A stretch of 64,000 nucleotides of DNA from Octopus sinensis. Its lineage: Eukaryota. Made by a program: the position numbers and the translations under genes. Every line of letters begins with the position of its first letter. The first letter of the stretch is position 1. The notes beneath the pieces were generated by a model. The model was not told the origin of the DNA and searched no databases. It saw only the letters and a list, made by a program, of their open reading frames with translations. This document shows positions 24,025-36,961 of the stretch, in pieces. The stretch covers positions 22,320,001 to 22,384,000 of the forward strand of contig NC_042999.1 of assembly GCF_006345805.1 (NCBI RefSeq), given 5' to 3'.

Positions 24025-27000
24025 ATGCCACCCAAGAAGAGAAGGACCCTCCTCAACCCTCGGACGGCCAAGGCATCGGCTGCTAGGGCTAGAAGGGCAC
24101 GCGAGACCCACGAGGAAACCGCCTTGCGCCTCTCGCAAACAGCTTCCCGTTATGCCGCTGCTCAGGCATCTGAAACTACTAGCGACCGTTCTACCCGACT
24201 TGCAAGGGTCGCAGCGTACAGATCTTCCCTCCGCTCGAGGTTGACGAAAGAGCAACAGTCCAGCCAAAACATGCGGGCTTCTTACTGTGCTTCCATCCGC
24301 AGAGCTCGCGAGAACCCCGAACAAAGGGCCATTCGGAATGCGGCTAACGCCACTAGCACTGCCAGGACACGATCTGTCGAAACCTCACAGCAGAGGAGAA
24401 CTCGCCAAGATGCTGACGCCGCAAACAAAGCCATGGCCAAAACTGCCGAAACACCTCAACAGAGGAGAGCTCGCCAAGCTGCTAACGCCGCAAACACAGC
24501 CAGGGCTCGATCTGCCGAAACTCCACACCAACGGACTATTCGGACATCCAGACATGCCATTAACACTGCTTCTGCTAGGGCTTCAGAGGGTGCTGAGGCG
24601 AGAGCTGAAAGGCTTTCAAGGGATGCCACTGCTACCGCTGTCGCACGTGCATCTGAATCTGCTGAGGCACGGTGCACTCGACTTGAGAGTATCAACAAAC
24701 GTCGGGATATCATTCGTGGTGTACGTACCCCTGCCCCCGCTTTCTGGTTGTCACTAGCATTCAACTACGACGCCACAATTAACTTCTCCTTGCGTGACGA
24801 CATCAAGATAGGGTCAATGACAATTGTATGCCAGTTTTGCAAAGCCAAGAAATGGCCCGGAGAGCCACCTGGTTTGTGCTGCTCTGGTGGCAAAGTGGAC
24901 CTGCCACCCCTACGGGAACCACCTCAACCACTGAAGGATCTCGCGGCGGGTTTAACCCCCGATTCGTCACAATTCCTTGAAATAATTCGAAAGTACAACT
25001 GCTCATTCCAAATGACCTCTTTCGGGGCCAAAATTCCTCCCAGAGAAGGCTGGATGCCTACTTTCAAAGTGCAGGGACAGGTCTACCATCTTATTGGGTC
25101 ACTTCTGCCAGACGAGATTCAGCAGTCTTCTTTCCTCCAAATATACTTCATTGCCGACTACAACCACCAGGTTGATGCACGCCTTGGAATAATACCGGGT
25201 ACAAGCTATGTTCCCCGCAAAGACATTTTCTCCGTCTCCAAACCATGCTTCATGATATCAACAGCTACGTCTGCAGCTTCAGATATGCCTTGGACAGTGC
25301 TCCTTCTCCAAACTTCACCGTTGTCATTGATGCTGATAAACGACCCCACGGGGAGCACGAACGCCGTTTCAACGCACCTGCGTGCAACGAAATTGCCGCA
25401 GTTATACACGGAGAGCAACACAACAGCCGTGACATAATCATCTCCTCCCGTGGTAACAACCTACACAGGATCAGCGAGACTCACAGATCTTATGACGCGC
25501 TTCAGTATCCATTGCTTTTCCCTTATGGGGAAGACGGCTACCACTTCGGAATTCCTTTACGGCAGCCCTCCAATCAAACTACTGCGGCATCAAAGACGGT
25601 TTCCTGCAGGGCGTTCTACTCATACCGGTTCATGGTCAGGGAGGGTGAGTTCAACTTATTGCCCCGTTGTCGTCAGCTATTCAACCAGTTCGCCGTCGAC
25701 ATGGCCGCAAAAATGGAATCGGAAAGGCTGCTATACATTAAACTTAATCAGACCAAACTTCGCTCCGACTCCTACATTCATCTCCGTGACGGTTTGCAAC
25801 AAGAAAATGACCCTCGCAACATCGGCAAGCCATGCATTCTACCCTCCACCTTCACGGGAGGACCGCGATATATGCGTGAAAGGACCCAAGACGCCTTGAC
25901 CTACGTGCGCATTTACGGCCGGCCGGACCTCTTTATCACCTACACGTGCAATCCCAGCTGCGACGAAATCACTCGCGAAATCCCCGGGTCAATCTCACAC
26001 CCATCGACACGACATCGTTGCTAGGGTTTTCCGTCTGAATTTGGGCAAAATGAAGGATTTGATAGTTAAGGGTCAGATTTTCGGGCATGTCAGGTGCCAC
26101 ATGTTTTCGGTCGAGTGGCAAAAGAGGGGCTTGCCACATGCTCACATCTTAATTTTGGCTCACTCATAAAATCGAGACTAATGACATTGACAAATTCATT
26201 TCCGCCGAGATTCCTGACCCCGATGAGGACCCCGGACTCTACGAAATTGTCCGCACTACCATGGTACACGGGCCCTGTGGACCAAATTACGCCAACACAC
26301 CATGCTACAAAAACGGATTAGCCTGCTCAAAGGGATTCCCTAAACGGTTCACTTTGGAGACTAAAACAGGCGGCGATGGGTATCCGCTGTACAAACGAAG
26401 GAGTCCAGCCAATGGAGGCCGCACGATTACGGTTGGGCGACATCAAGTGGACAACAGCTACATTGTCCCCTACTGTCCTCTCCTGTCGAAGATATTCAAA
26501 GCCCACGTCAACGTTGAGTTCTGCAGCTCCATCAGGTCAATACAATATGTCTGCAAATATATCAACAAAGGGACAGAGCAAGTGCTGTCAGATAGCCACC
26601 AGCCCTAAAGACACAACGTTGACTGGTTTCTTCAAATTATGCCAACGTGATGACTTCGCTCGAACGCTTTTGTACCCACAGGTCCCATCGTACTTCGTGT
26701 GGTCTAAAAACACCTGGATTCGACGGAAATCCGGCAAAAACGTCGAAAGCTTCCCAGGCGTCAAGTTTGACTCCTGCCTGGGTCGAGTTTACAACATCCC
26801 GCCAAACCAGCAAGAATGCTTCTACCTCCGTCTCCTTCTACATGAGGTCACTGGTCCAACAGGTTTCGCCAATATACGTACCGTCAATGGGGTTCTGTGC
26901 GACACCTTCAGGGAAGCATGTATGAGACTTGGCCTTCTAGAGGATGACTCCCAGTGGGACGCCACGATGGCAGAGGGTGCTTTACTGCAAACGCATTCGG

Positions 27001-28702
27001 CCCTACGACATCTTTTCGCAATCCTTCTTCAAAAATGTCAGCTTAGTAATCCACTAAGTCTCTGGATGAAATACAGGGATGACATGTCGCACGACTTCTT
27101 ACGTACGGCTCAGCAACACTGCCCTTCCGCCGAGATCACGTTCACCAACTTCATTTACAATTTTGCGCTCATTCAACTCGAAGACGCTGTCATCGATATG
27201 GGTGGGTCTGCTTTAACAGAGTACGGCCTTCCACCACCCACACGTGAACACGCCAATGTTATGTCTGCTGAATTGTTACGCGAAACTTCCTACTGCATTG
27301 AGGAACTGCACCAGTACGTCCAAGATAATGAACCACGGCTGCTTCCAGACCAGCGCATAGCCTACAACACCATCGTAGACTCTGTCAGACAGCAACGTGG
27401 GGGGATTTTCTTCCTTGATGCACCCGGCGGCACTGGCAAAACCTTCGTCACTAAACTAATTCTGGCAGAGGTCAGACGCAACACGGACATTGCCCTGGCT
27501 GTAGCTTCCTCTGGTATCGCGGCCACGTTGCTTCCGGGTGGCAGAACCGCCCACTCTGCCTTCAGACTCCCGCTCGATCTGGCAAAGTCCGAGTCACGTA
27601 TCTGCAACATCGCCAAGAACTCAGAACAGGCCGACATTCTTCGCAGATGCAAACTCATCGTATGGGACGAGTGCACTATGGCACACAAGGCGCCCTTGAG
27701 GCACTGGACAGGTCCCTGCAAGACATCAGAGACTCTACGGCCCCCATGGGAGGATTAACTTTACTTCTTTCAGGAGACTTCAGGCAGACTCTACCTGTTA
27801 TTCCAAAAGGAACCCGTGCCGATGCCGTGCGCGCGTGCCTTAAGTCGTCAGCTCTTTGGGCACATGTGCGGCCCTTGCACCTCCAAACTAACATGCGCGC
27901 GCAGTTAATTGGTGACAGCGGATCCGCTGCATTCTCCAGGGACCTCTTATCGCTCGGTGAAAATAGGATGCTGTCTGATGCGGATGGCTACGTTCAATTG
28001 GACTCACTTTGCACCATTGTCGACCCCTGCTAGCCTCCGGGACGCTGTCTTCCACGACCTACAAAACAATTTACGCGACCTAAAATGGCTGGCAGGCAGA
28101 GCTATTCTCGCACCCAAAAATACAACCGTCAACTCCATCAATATCCAGCTACTTGAAGCTATTCCTGGTGATGTCCACGTCTACAAATCTATAGATAGGA
28201 CAGCAGACCCCGCCCAGCTTGCCGATTATCCTGTTGAATTCCTGAATTCACTTGAACCGCCAGGCCTGCCACCACACATCCTGAAGTTAAAAGTCGGTGC
28301 GCCCATTATGCTCATCAGGAATTTGGTTCCACCTAAACAGTGCAACGGCACACGTTTGGTTGTGAAACATTTGGCACCACATTTAATAACGGCCACAATA
28401 CTTACCGGTTGTGGGAAGGGAGAGGACGTCTTCATTCCACGGATGCACCTTCAACCGTCGGGCGCTGACCTACCAATCCACTTCAGGCGTTCTCAGTTTC
28501 CTGTTAAACTCTGCTTCGCAAGTCGATCAATAAATCCCAAGGCCAAACGCTACAAGTCGCTGGGTTACATTTGGGCGAACAGTGCTTCGCCCACGGTCAA
28601 CTCTACGTGGGCTGTTCACGCGTTGGGAGGCGCAATGATGTTTTCATGTTTTCGCCCAAACGGACAGCTAGGAACATCGTATATACAGAAGTATTCCAGT
28701 GA
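24025..28702 (+). pseudogene. Helitron RepHel transposase (HUH Rep + PIF1/SF1 helicase), frameshifted as assembled
   Basis: ATG 24025; CxxC...CC zinc motif CQFCKAKKWPGEPPGLCC; GRPDLFITYTCNP; HUH motif EWQKRGLPHAH (26113-26145); SIQYVCKYINKG; Walker A DAPGGTGKT (27417-27443); Walker B WDE (27663-27671); GDFRQTLPV; CNGTRL; SINKSQGQT; HGQLYVGCSRV; stop TGA 28700-28702. Confidence 0.95.
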
Positions 28703-28796
28703 AGACAAGACATTGCAACGTCCACATGCACCTTCGTTCCCTGGAGGGAAAGGACTACATTGGGATTAGTCGTTGCCTACTAGGGGCTCTTATATA

Positions 28797-28824
28797 CCCG
28801 GGCAACGCCGGGCTATGCTGCTAG
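28797..28824 (+). other. Helitron 3' terminal hairpin and CTAG
   Basis: CCCGG GCAACG CCGGG, 8 nt, CTAG followed by T. Confidence 0.9.
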
Positions 28825-28834
28825 TGTATGTATA

Positions 28835-29074
28835 TAAGGCAGCGAGCTGGCAGAAACGTTAGCACGCCGGGCGAAATGCGTAGCCATATTTCGTCTGCCG
28901 TTACGTTGTAGGTTAAAATTCCTCCGGGGTCGACTTTGCCTTTCCTCCTTTCGGGGTCGATAAATTAAGTACCAGTTACGCACTGGGATCGATATAATCG
29001 ACTTAATCCGTTTGTCTGTCCTTGTTTGTCCTCTCTGTGTTTAGCCCCTTGTGGGTAGTAAAGAAATAGGTATT
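28835..29074 (+). mobile_element. SINE family A: head, one full unit and first 5 nt (GTATT) of a second
   Basis: Ends ...GTAGTAAAGAAATAG|GTATT, the same junction as in the multimers. Confidence 0.9.
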
Positions 29075-29224
29075 ACTCGTCTGTATAAATTCGGAAGTAC
29101 TGGTTTTTGGATATGAATTTTGTTCGATGGCGCTTGGTCGAATGGATAACTTAATTACTAGTGCTCCCAAATTTATAATCTACTTGGTAAGATTATTAAT
29201 TATAAATTGATTAATTAATTTTAC

Positions 29225-29256
<32 letters not shown>

Positions 29257-29260
<4 letters not shown>

Positions 29261-29897
29261 TGGTCCTATGGAGGACATTTGTCCTCAGCCGTCTGGATTA
29301 CTGCTCTCAACTGTGGTCACCTTACACTGTATTAAACTCTAGTATTAATAGCAGAACTTGAGGCGGTTCAGCGATACTACACGAGGAAGATTGCATCAAT
29401 GAATCAGCTGAACTACTGGGTGAGACTGAAAGAGCTACGACTCTTCTCCCTGGAGCGAAAACGGGAGAAATATGCAGTGATATATGTGTGGAAGATACTA
29501 GAGGGCTAGCACCAAACTCTAGAATTGAGAGTCATACCAGACCTCGAAATGGGTGTCACTGCACCGTTCCAAAACTCCAAGCTGTCTCATCTAAGGCGAG
29601 AATCATGTACTGCAACACCTTGGGATTAAAGGGTCCACAGCTGTTTAACTCTTTGCCAAAACATCTGAGGGATCTCCATGGAGAGGGACTAGATGGTTTC
29701 AAGAAACAACTTGACCGCTTGTTCTCCAAGATCGCAGGTGAACCAAGACAGGAAACTCAAAATAGAGCAGCGGTATCGAACTTCCTCTTTCACCAAAAGC
29801 CAAACCCATAGAATTGGCCAATTAAAGGGTGATTACACTGGCGGTGATCCAGCATGGCCGTAGCCTCATGGGTGAAACATAAAATAATAAAAGAATA
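29257..29897 (+). mobile_element. CR1-type LINE 3' fragment
   Basis: MLVLWRTFVLSRLDYCSQLWSP...LEAVQRYYTRKI...LNYWVRLKELRLFSLER...GPQLFNSLPK; 3' end GGCGGTGATCCAGCATGGCC-hairpin-GAAACA. Confidence 0.9.
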
Positions 29898-29924
29898 TAT
29901 ATATATATATACATGCATACTTAC

Positions 29925-30470
<546 letters not shown>

Positions 30471-30572
30471 TATATATATATATATATATATATACATACA
30501 TATACATGCATACTTACATACATACATATATGTATGCATTTATATATGTATGTATGTGTGTGCGTATGTTGT

Positions 30573-30612
<40 letters not shown>

Positions 30613-30862
30613 CTGTACGCCCGTACAATTTTGGTGTACAGTACTGTCATAGTTATAGGTACCTGCGCATTAAGTTTGATATAAGATTGACGGTTGTGCC
30701 CTACTTGAGGTCAACTATTAAAGTCAACTCGCCACACTGTATATCTGGCTTTATCTGCAATCTATTGAAATGCTAAAGAACTGTCAATTTTTATTTGGTG
30801 AGATAATGTTGGGACGAGTACAGGCACACATACAAACACACACACATGCATACTCACACGCG

Positions 30863-30935
<73 letters not shown>

Positions 30936-30951
30936 TGTGTGTGTGTGTGTC

Positions 30952-31061
<110 letters not shown>

Positions 31062-31199
31062 ATATATATAATATAATATATATATATATATATGGACATG
31101 CGTCTATATGTGTGTGTACATGTTTATACGTATGGATACACATATGTCTATATAAATATATATACATGTATATGTAATATATGTATATATATATGTATA

Positions 31200-31237
<38 letters not shown>

Positions 31238-31896
31238 TATACATACATGTATATGTCTATGTAGCTATAGATAGATAGATATATATATACATATATATAT
31301 GTATATATCTGTATGTATACATACAAATATGTATACATAAATTTATATATCTATCTATATATGGTAGGCACACATACACACACATCATGCATATACACAT
31401 GTGTGTGTGTGTGTGTATGTGTGTATGTATGTGTGAGAGAGAGTATGCATATGTATATATGTACGTATAGGAATCACAAATATGAGGTGTTATTATATAC
31501 ATAGAAATTTAAAGTGCTACATTTTCTGCACCAGCAACATATTACGCATACATCTTTCGGTTCGTGATGTCTATAATATCTAAATACTTCCATGATAATA
31601 TTCCAATTTTTAATACGCTCACTGTTTCCACGTCTAAGGTTGGATGTACTGTTGTCTTATGCGAAAATAAAAGTAAAATATAAATACTTCATAAGAACCC
31701 TGCGTTTTATATGTGCCGTTGCTTAGCTTGGCTTCATGGCTTTGAGTAGAGGAGAGACCAATTAAACCATCTTTTCTATTAGATACGATGACGGTCTACC
31801 ACAGTTGATTCCTTGGTGATATGCAGCTTAATCTTTATAGTTTTGTGAGCCAAACCAATGCAATATATAGTGATCTTACCAATTCAGACGAATATT

Positions 31897-32310
31897 AGAT
31901 CTTTTCGGTTTGAACGGCAGATTTTAAAAATAATTTCCACGTAACTAAACACTTTTAAACTTCGTATACTGGTAGAATGTGTTTATAAAACATCTGTTTC
32001 TCCTTGGCTTTATTGAGAAAATTCTATAGTTTGTAAGATATTTGTTGTTTTTTTGCCTTCAATTTCTGCAATTTCAACCAATCAATGACGTCTATTGAGG
32101 TGAAAACATTCTGTGCCGTATGAATATGTCCCTCGTTTAATAAACAGATTGGGTTTATTTGCATTTCTGAAGAAAAAAAAGATACCCTTCCCCCAACCCC
32201 TAACCCTAAAACAGATTGAAATGCAATAGATCGATACTAGGGTCATAATTATGGGTGACAATTTCATATGACACCGCTATTAAAAACTGCCGTTCAAACC
32301 GAAAAGATCC
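31897..32310. mobile_element. MITE with ~28-bp TIRs, superfamily unresolved
   Basis: GATCTTTTCGGTTTGAACGGCAG / CTGCCGTTCAAACCGAAAAGATC; no ORF and no clear TSD. Confidence 0.85.
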
Positions 32311-32715
32311 CGAAAATTTTCCATAAAAACATACATTTACACATACACACACATACGTATACTCACAACATTAAAAGTGCTGTTTAAGTATTCGGCAGTG
32401 ATAGAAATCTGTAGTCAAATTTAACGCAGTATCATCTGCCTGCTACGTCTTCGAGAATCGGTTCATTATAGTATTTATGTTCCCCACAACTTAACTAACA
32501 ATATTTGTTCTTAACATCTGACAATAAACGACAGAATTACAAAGCGAAAGGCAAAAAATATGGGAAAGTGTGTGCTACAAGTGAAGTAAATCCAACTGAG
32601 AATCGAAATTGTATTAATGGTTCATTTTGACGATTCATCTATAATTCATCACCACAACATGAAGTTCGTTGCTGATTTAGACAATAAACTTGATCTCTCT
32701 CTATATATATATATA

Positions 32716-33114
32716 CTAGCAGTATCGCCCGGCGTTGCTAGGGTTTGTAAGGGAAATAACTATATAAGCATTTTTAGAGATGTAAAGTATAATAGCCATC
32801 TCAATATGGCTAACCACAAGGGGGGGGGTGTTACTGTAGCTTTTTACGTTCTGAGATTTAATAATACATTTTTAGAGAGTTACTTCCCTTTTATATAATA
32901 GCAAAAAAATGCATTAAAAATGGGAAAAAAATTATGGTAATTTTTTTTTTAAATCGTAGACTCATCGTAGACGCGCGCTAATACCCAGAAAGGCTCGATA
33001 TGAATCACGACTATAAGATACCCGCTTTTGGTTACACTGCACCGCAAAATGTGGGAGTAGTTAGGAATCTAAATCGTAGGAGACAGACACACAACTTCAC
33101 TTTTATATATAAAG

Positions 33115-33115
<1 letters not shown>
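32716..33115 (-). mobile_element. Non-autonomous Helitron, 400 bp
   Basis: Minus strand A|TCTTTATATATAAAA ... CCCTAGCAACGCCGGGCGATACTGCTAG|T. Confidence 0.9.
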
Positions 33116-33141
<26 letters not shown>

Positions 33142-33145
<4 letters not shown>

Positions 33146-35612
33146 CAGCTCAGAGCTGTGGCCATGTTGATGCACCGCCGTTTTGCTACACTGTTATTAC
33201 TAAGAGCCTCCTCTAATATGTCGCACTTGGTGAAGAATGGAGTTTGATATAGCTACCCTCATTTGCACCTCTTGCGTGAGGTAGGTTCATCTGGGACTCT
33301 CGACAGGAAGAGGTCCAGTTTTGATTTTAAAACCACTACATCTACTTTATGCAGGTTCCTCAGACTCTTTGGGAGAATATTAAAAACCTGTGGGCCACTG
33401 AAACCCAGGCTGTTGCAGTAACTGGTCCTGAGGCGCGATGGCATTGCTGGGATTTTTAGCACTCTGCAGTGTCGTCCCGTTCTGGCATTTGTGTAGCTTT
33501 CAATGCCAAAATTTGGCACAATTCCTTCCATATATATATTACTGCATATCTCTCCCGTCTTCTTTCCAGGGAATAGAGTTTTAGCTGTTTCAAACTTTCC
33601 CAGTAGCTGAGCTGTTGCAAAGAGACGATCTTCTTTGTGAATCTTCTCTGGATTGCTTCAAGGTACGCTGTTAATTTTACACTGGTGGGTGATCATAGCT
33701 GTGAGCAGTAATCCAGGCGGCTGAGGACGAATGTCCGCCAGAGGACCATCATGGTTTCCTTATCTCTGGTTCTGAATGTTCTTAGGATTCATTCAGCCAG
33801 TCATCTGCACTTTGTCGCCATCCTGGTAATGCGCACTTGGAAAGAGGTATCATCACTCATGTCAATACCCAGGTCCCTCACTGATTTAGGCTCTAGGATT
33901 GAAATTTCCTGTATTCCGGTGTACCCTGTAAGTTTCATATTCAGTTTTGGATGCTGGTAGCGCAGGGTTTGGAATTTTTCAGCATTAAACTGCATATTAT
34001 TATCCTCAGCCCATCTGTAAATTGAGTCCAACTCCTGCTGCAGGTGTGCAACATCACTGGCGTTCTGTATTTTCTGCCAGACTTTCGTATCATCTGCATA
34101 GCTTGCAAGGGTGGCTATCTGGGCACTTGAGGGCATATCTGAGAGGGCCACTATGAAAAGCAGTGGTCCCAAGACAGTGCTCTGTGGAACACCGCTCACT
34201 ATTTGTATGTTCATAGAGGTGGCTCCATTAGCCACTCCTGCCTGACTCCTATCTTTCAGGAAGTCATGTAATCACTCTCCAAGTTTTCCAGCTATGCCAA
34301 GGTTACTCAGTTTGTGGCATATCATACCATGATCCACCTTGTCAAAAGCTTTTGCAAAATCAAGGTGTATTACGTCCACATTTGATTTGTTGAGTAACTG
34401 CTTCAACACCCAGTCATAATGTTGTAAGAGCTGGGTCAGGCAGCCCCTACCTGGTCGAAAACCATGATGGATATCACTTAGCAAGTTATTATTTTCAAGG
34501 AATGCGATTAGTTTCCCTCTGACTATCCGTTCCATGACTTTGCTGATGTGTGAAGTCAGAGAGACAGGCCTATAGGTTTTGGCATCTGCTCTACTTCCCC
34601 CTTTATGTATTGGGCATATTATTCCCTCCTTCAGCTTGCTTGGCAGTTTGCCATTTGTAAGAAAGCTCTGGAAGAGAATCTGGAGGGGTTTTTCCAGGGC
34701 ATGCTTACATAATTTGAGGAGGATTGCTGGGAAACCATCAGGACTAGCAGTTGAGTTTGTGTCAACTTCATCTATGACTAGTAGTATATCATCTTCGCTA
34801 ATGTCAATGTATTCCATTGTAACTGCCTCGCTGGTTATAGGTGAGGCGGCAAAGAAGTCCACTGGTTCGTTCACTTGTCTGTGTTCCAACGGGGTGGTAA
34901 AGACACTTTTGAACTAGTCATTCAGCACCTCACTGATCTTAGTTAGACTGTCTGTGAGAGAGCCATCCTTTTGGAGGAGGGGTCCTATCTTGCAGTGTAC
35001 TGAGGCTGTTTCTTTCGCGTAATGAAAGAAGGCCTTTGGGTTTGACTTAATGTTTTTTTATAACCCAGGCTTCTTTGTCTGCGTTCTCCCTCACATAGGA
35101 TTGTTGCAGCCTTTTTTCGATTTCCATCAGTGTTGTTTTTAGGCTGGACGTTTCGCTACTTTTGGGATGTTGGTTGAGTCGATTTGCAACCTTTGTCCGT
35201 CGTCTCATGAGGATCTTCCTTTCCCTTGGAATCTCGTTCTTATTTGTTTTGGCCATGTGCTCTGGGACATATTTCTGACATATGGCTTGCACAACAGACA
35301 TGAAACATTCTAGTTTCATATCAATGTCTGGTGTGGAGAGACATTTTGGCCAGTCCTCTCTGAAGATCTCTTTTGGGATCGATTTCCAATCTGCTTTGTG
35401 GAAGTTCAGATTGGAGAGATTTCGGGTGCTTCCTTTAGGCTGTATGTCTCTGGTTACTTTCGATCCAAACATAGACAGCTCTATAATGTTGTGATCTGAG
35501 ACTAATGTCGGCGTCACTTTCACATCATGAATGATGTCCATATTGTTTGTGAAGCAGAGATCCAGAATGTTATTCGCCCTAGTTGTTCTGAGTACAGCTT
35601 GCTCCATGAATA
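33142..35612 (-). mobile_element. CR1-type LINE, ~2.5-kb 5'-truncated decayed copy (end of APE endonuclease, RT, 3' end)
   Basis: TRANNILDLCFTN and SDHNII (APE C-terminus); PDGFPAILLK, YRPVSLTSHISKVMER, HGFRPGRGC, LDFAKAFDKVDH, SGVPQSTVLGPLLF, YADDTK; several in-frame stops and frameshifts. Confidence 0.95.
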
Positions 35613-35720
35613 GGACATAGGTGTGTATGTATTAATATGTCGACCTCCGAATAGCGAACACGTACAACACGGAGTAACCGCTTGTTTACATTCAGCTTCC
35701 AATAAATTATATAACTCTAA

Positions 35721-36489
35721 GGCAGCGAGCTGCGAGAAATCGTAGCACGTCGGGCGAAATGCTTAGCGGTATTTCGTCTGCCGTTACGTTGTGAGTTCAA
35801 ATTCCGCCGAGGTCGACTTTGCCTTTCATCCTTTCGGGGTCGATAAATTAAGTACCAGTTGCGCACTGGGGTCGATGTAATCGACTTAATACCTATGTCT
35901 GTCCTTGTTTGTCCTCTCTGTGTTTAGCCCCTTGTGGGTAATAAAGAAATAGGTATTTTGTCTGCCGTTACGTTCTGAGTTCAAATTCCGCCGAGGTCGA
36001 CTTTGCCTTTCATCCTTTCGGGGTCGATAAATTAAGTACCAGTTACGCACTGAGGTCGATGTAATCGACTTAATCCGTTTGTCTGTCCTTGTTTGTCCCC
36101 TCTGTGTTTAGCCCCTTGTGGGTAGTAAAGAAATAGGTATTTCGCCTGCCGTTACGTTCTGAGTTTAAATTCCACCGAGGTCGACTTTGCCTTTCATCCT
36201 TTCGGAGTCGATAAATAAAGTACCAGTTACGCACTGGGATCGAGTAATCGACTTAATCCGTTTGTCTGTCCTTGTTTGTCCTTTCTCTGTTTAGTCCCTT
36301 GTGGGTAGTAAAGAAATAGGTATTTCGTCTGTCTTTACATTCTGAGTTCAAATTCCGCCGAGGTCGACTTTGCCTTTCATCCTTTCGGGGTCGACAAATT
36401 AAGCACCAGTTGCGTACTGGTGCCGATCTAATTGATTGGGCCCCTACCCAGAAATTGTGGGCCTTGTGCTTAGAGTAGAGAAGAATAAG
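35721..36489 (+). mobile_element. SINE family A multimer (head, three full units, partial unit, tail) with one TSD
   Basis: Units 35769-35952, 35953-36136, 36137-36319 and from 36320; TTATATAACTCTAA at 35707-35720 and 36490-36503. Confidence 0.95.
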
Positions 36490-36721
36490 TTATATAACTC
36501 TAATTTCACCATTGAAAATTCTCTTTCTTCCATCTTCTTCACACTTAAATGTCTACCTCTGTGTGAGTGTATGTATGTGCATGAGTATGTATGTATAATA
36601 TAATAAAGCTAGACGTATAATATTTATATGTGTGTATGTATATATATGTATATAATTTTATCATTATTAATCGACAGAAGTTTCATAGCTACAAGGGGTT
36701 AAAAGACAACGCTGAATATCA

Positions 36722-36794
<73 letters not shown>

Positions 36795-36918
36795 ATGTAT
36801 GTATGTATGTATGTATGTATGTATGTATGTATGTATGTATGTATGTATGTATGTATGTATATACGTATATATATATTATTTACGTGTGCTTTGACTTCTG
36901 TTTTTACCAACAAACCTA

Positions 36919-36961
<43 letters not shown>

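Larger units (their letters stand above)
22873..28824 (+). mobile_element. Helitron, near full length, autonomous type
   Basis: 5' A|TCTCTCTATATATAAA at 22873; 3' CCCGGGCAACGCCGGG hairpin then CTAG|T at 28821-28824; AT target with no TSD; internal Rep-helicase frame. Confidence 0.95.

Noticed and set aside
24013-28435. Antisense and alternate-frame ORFs inside the Helitron
   Set aside because: Expected shadows of a GC-rich coding frame; several are pieces of the frameshifted RepHel.
35769-36489. Regular ~184-bp array as a CRISPR or satellite
   Set aside because: No unique spacers or cas genes; units are SINE bodies inside one TSD.
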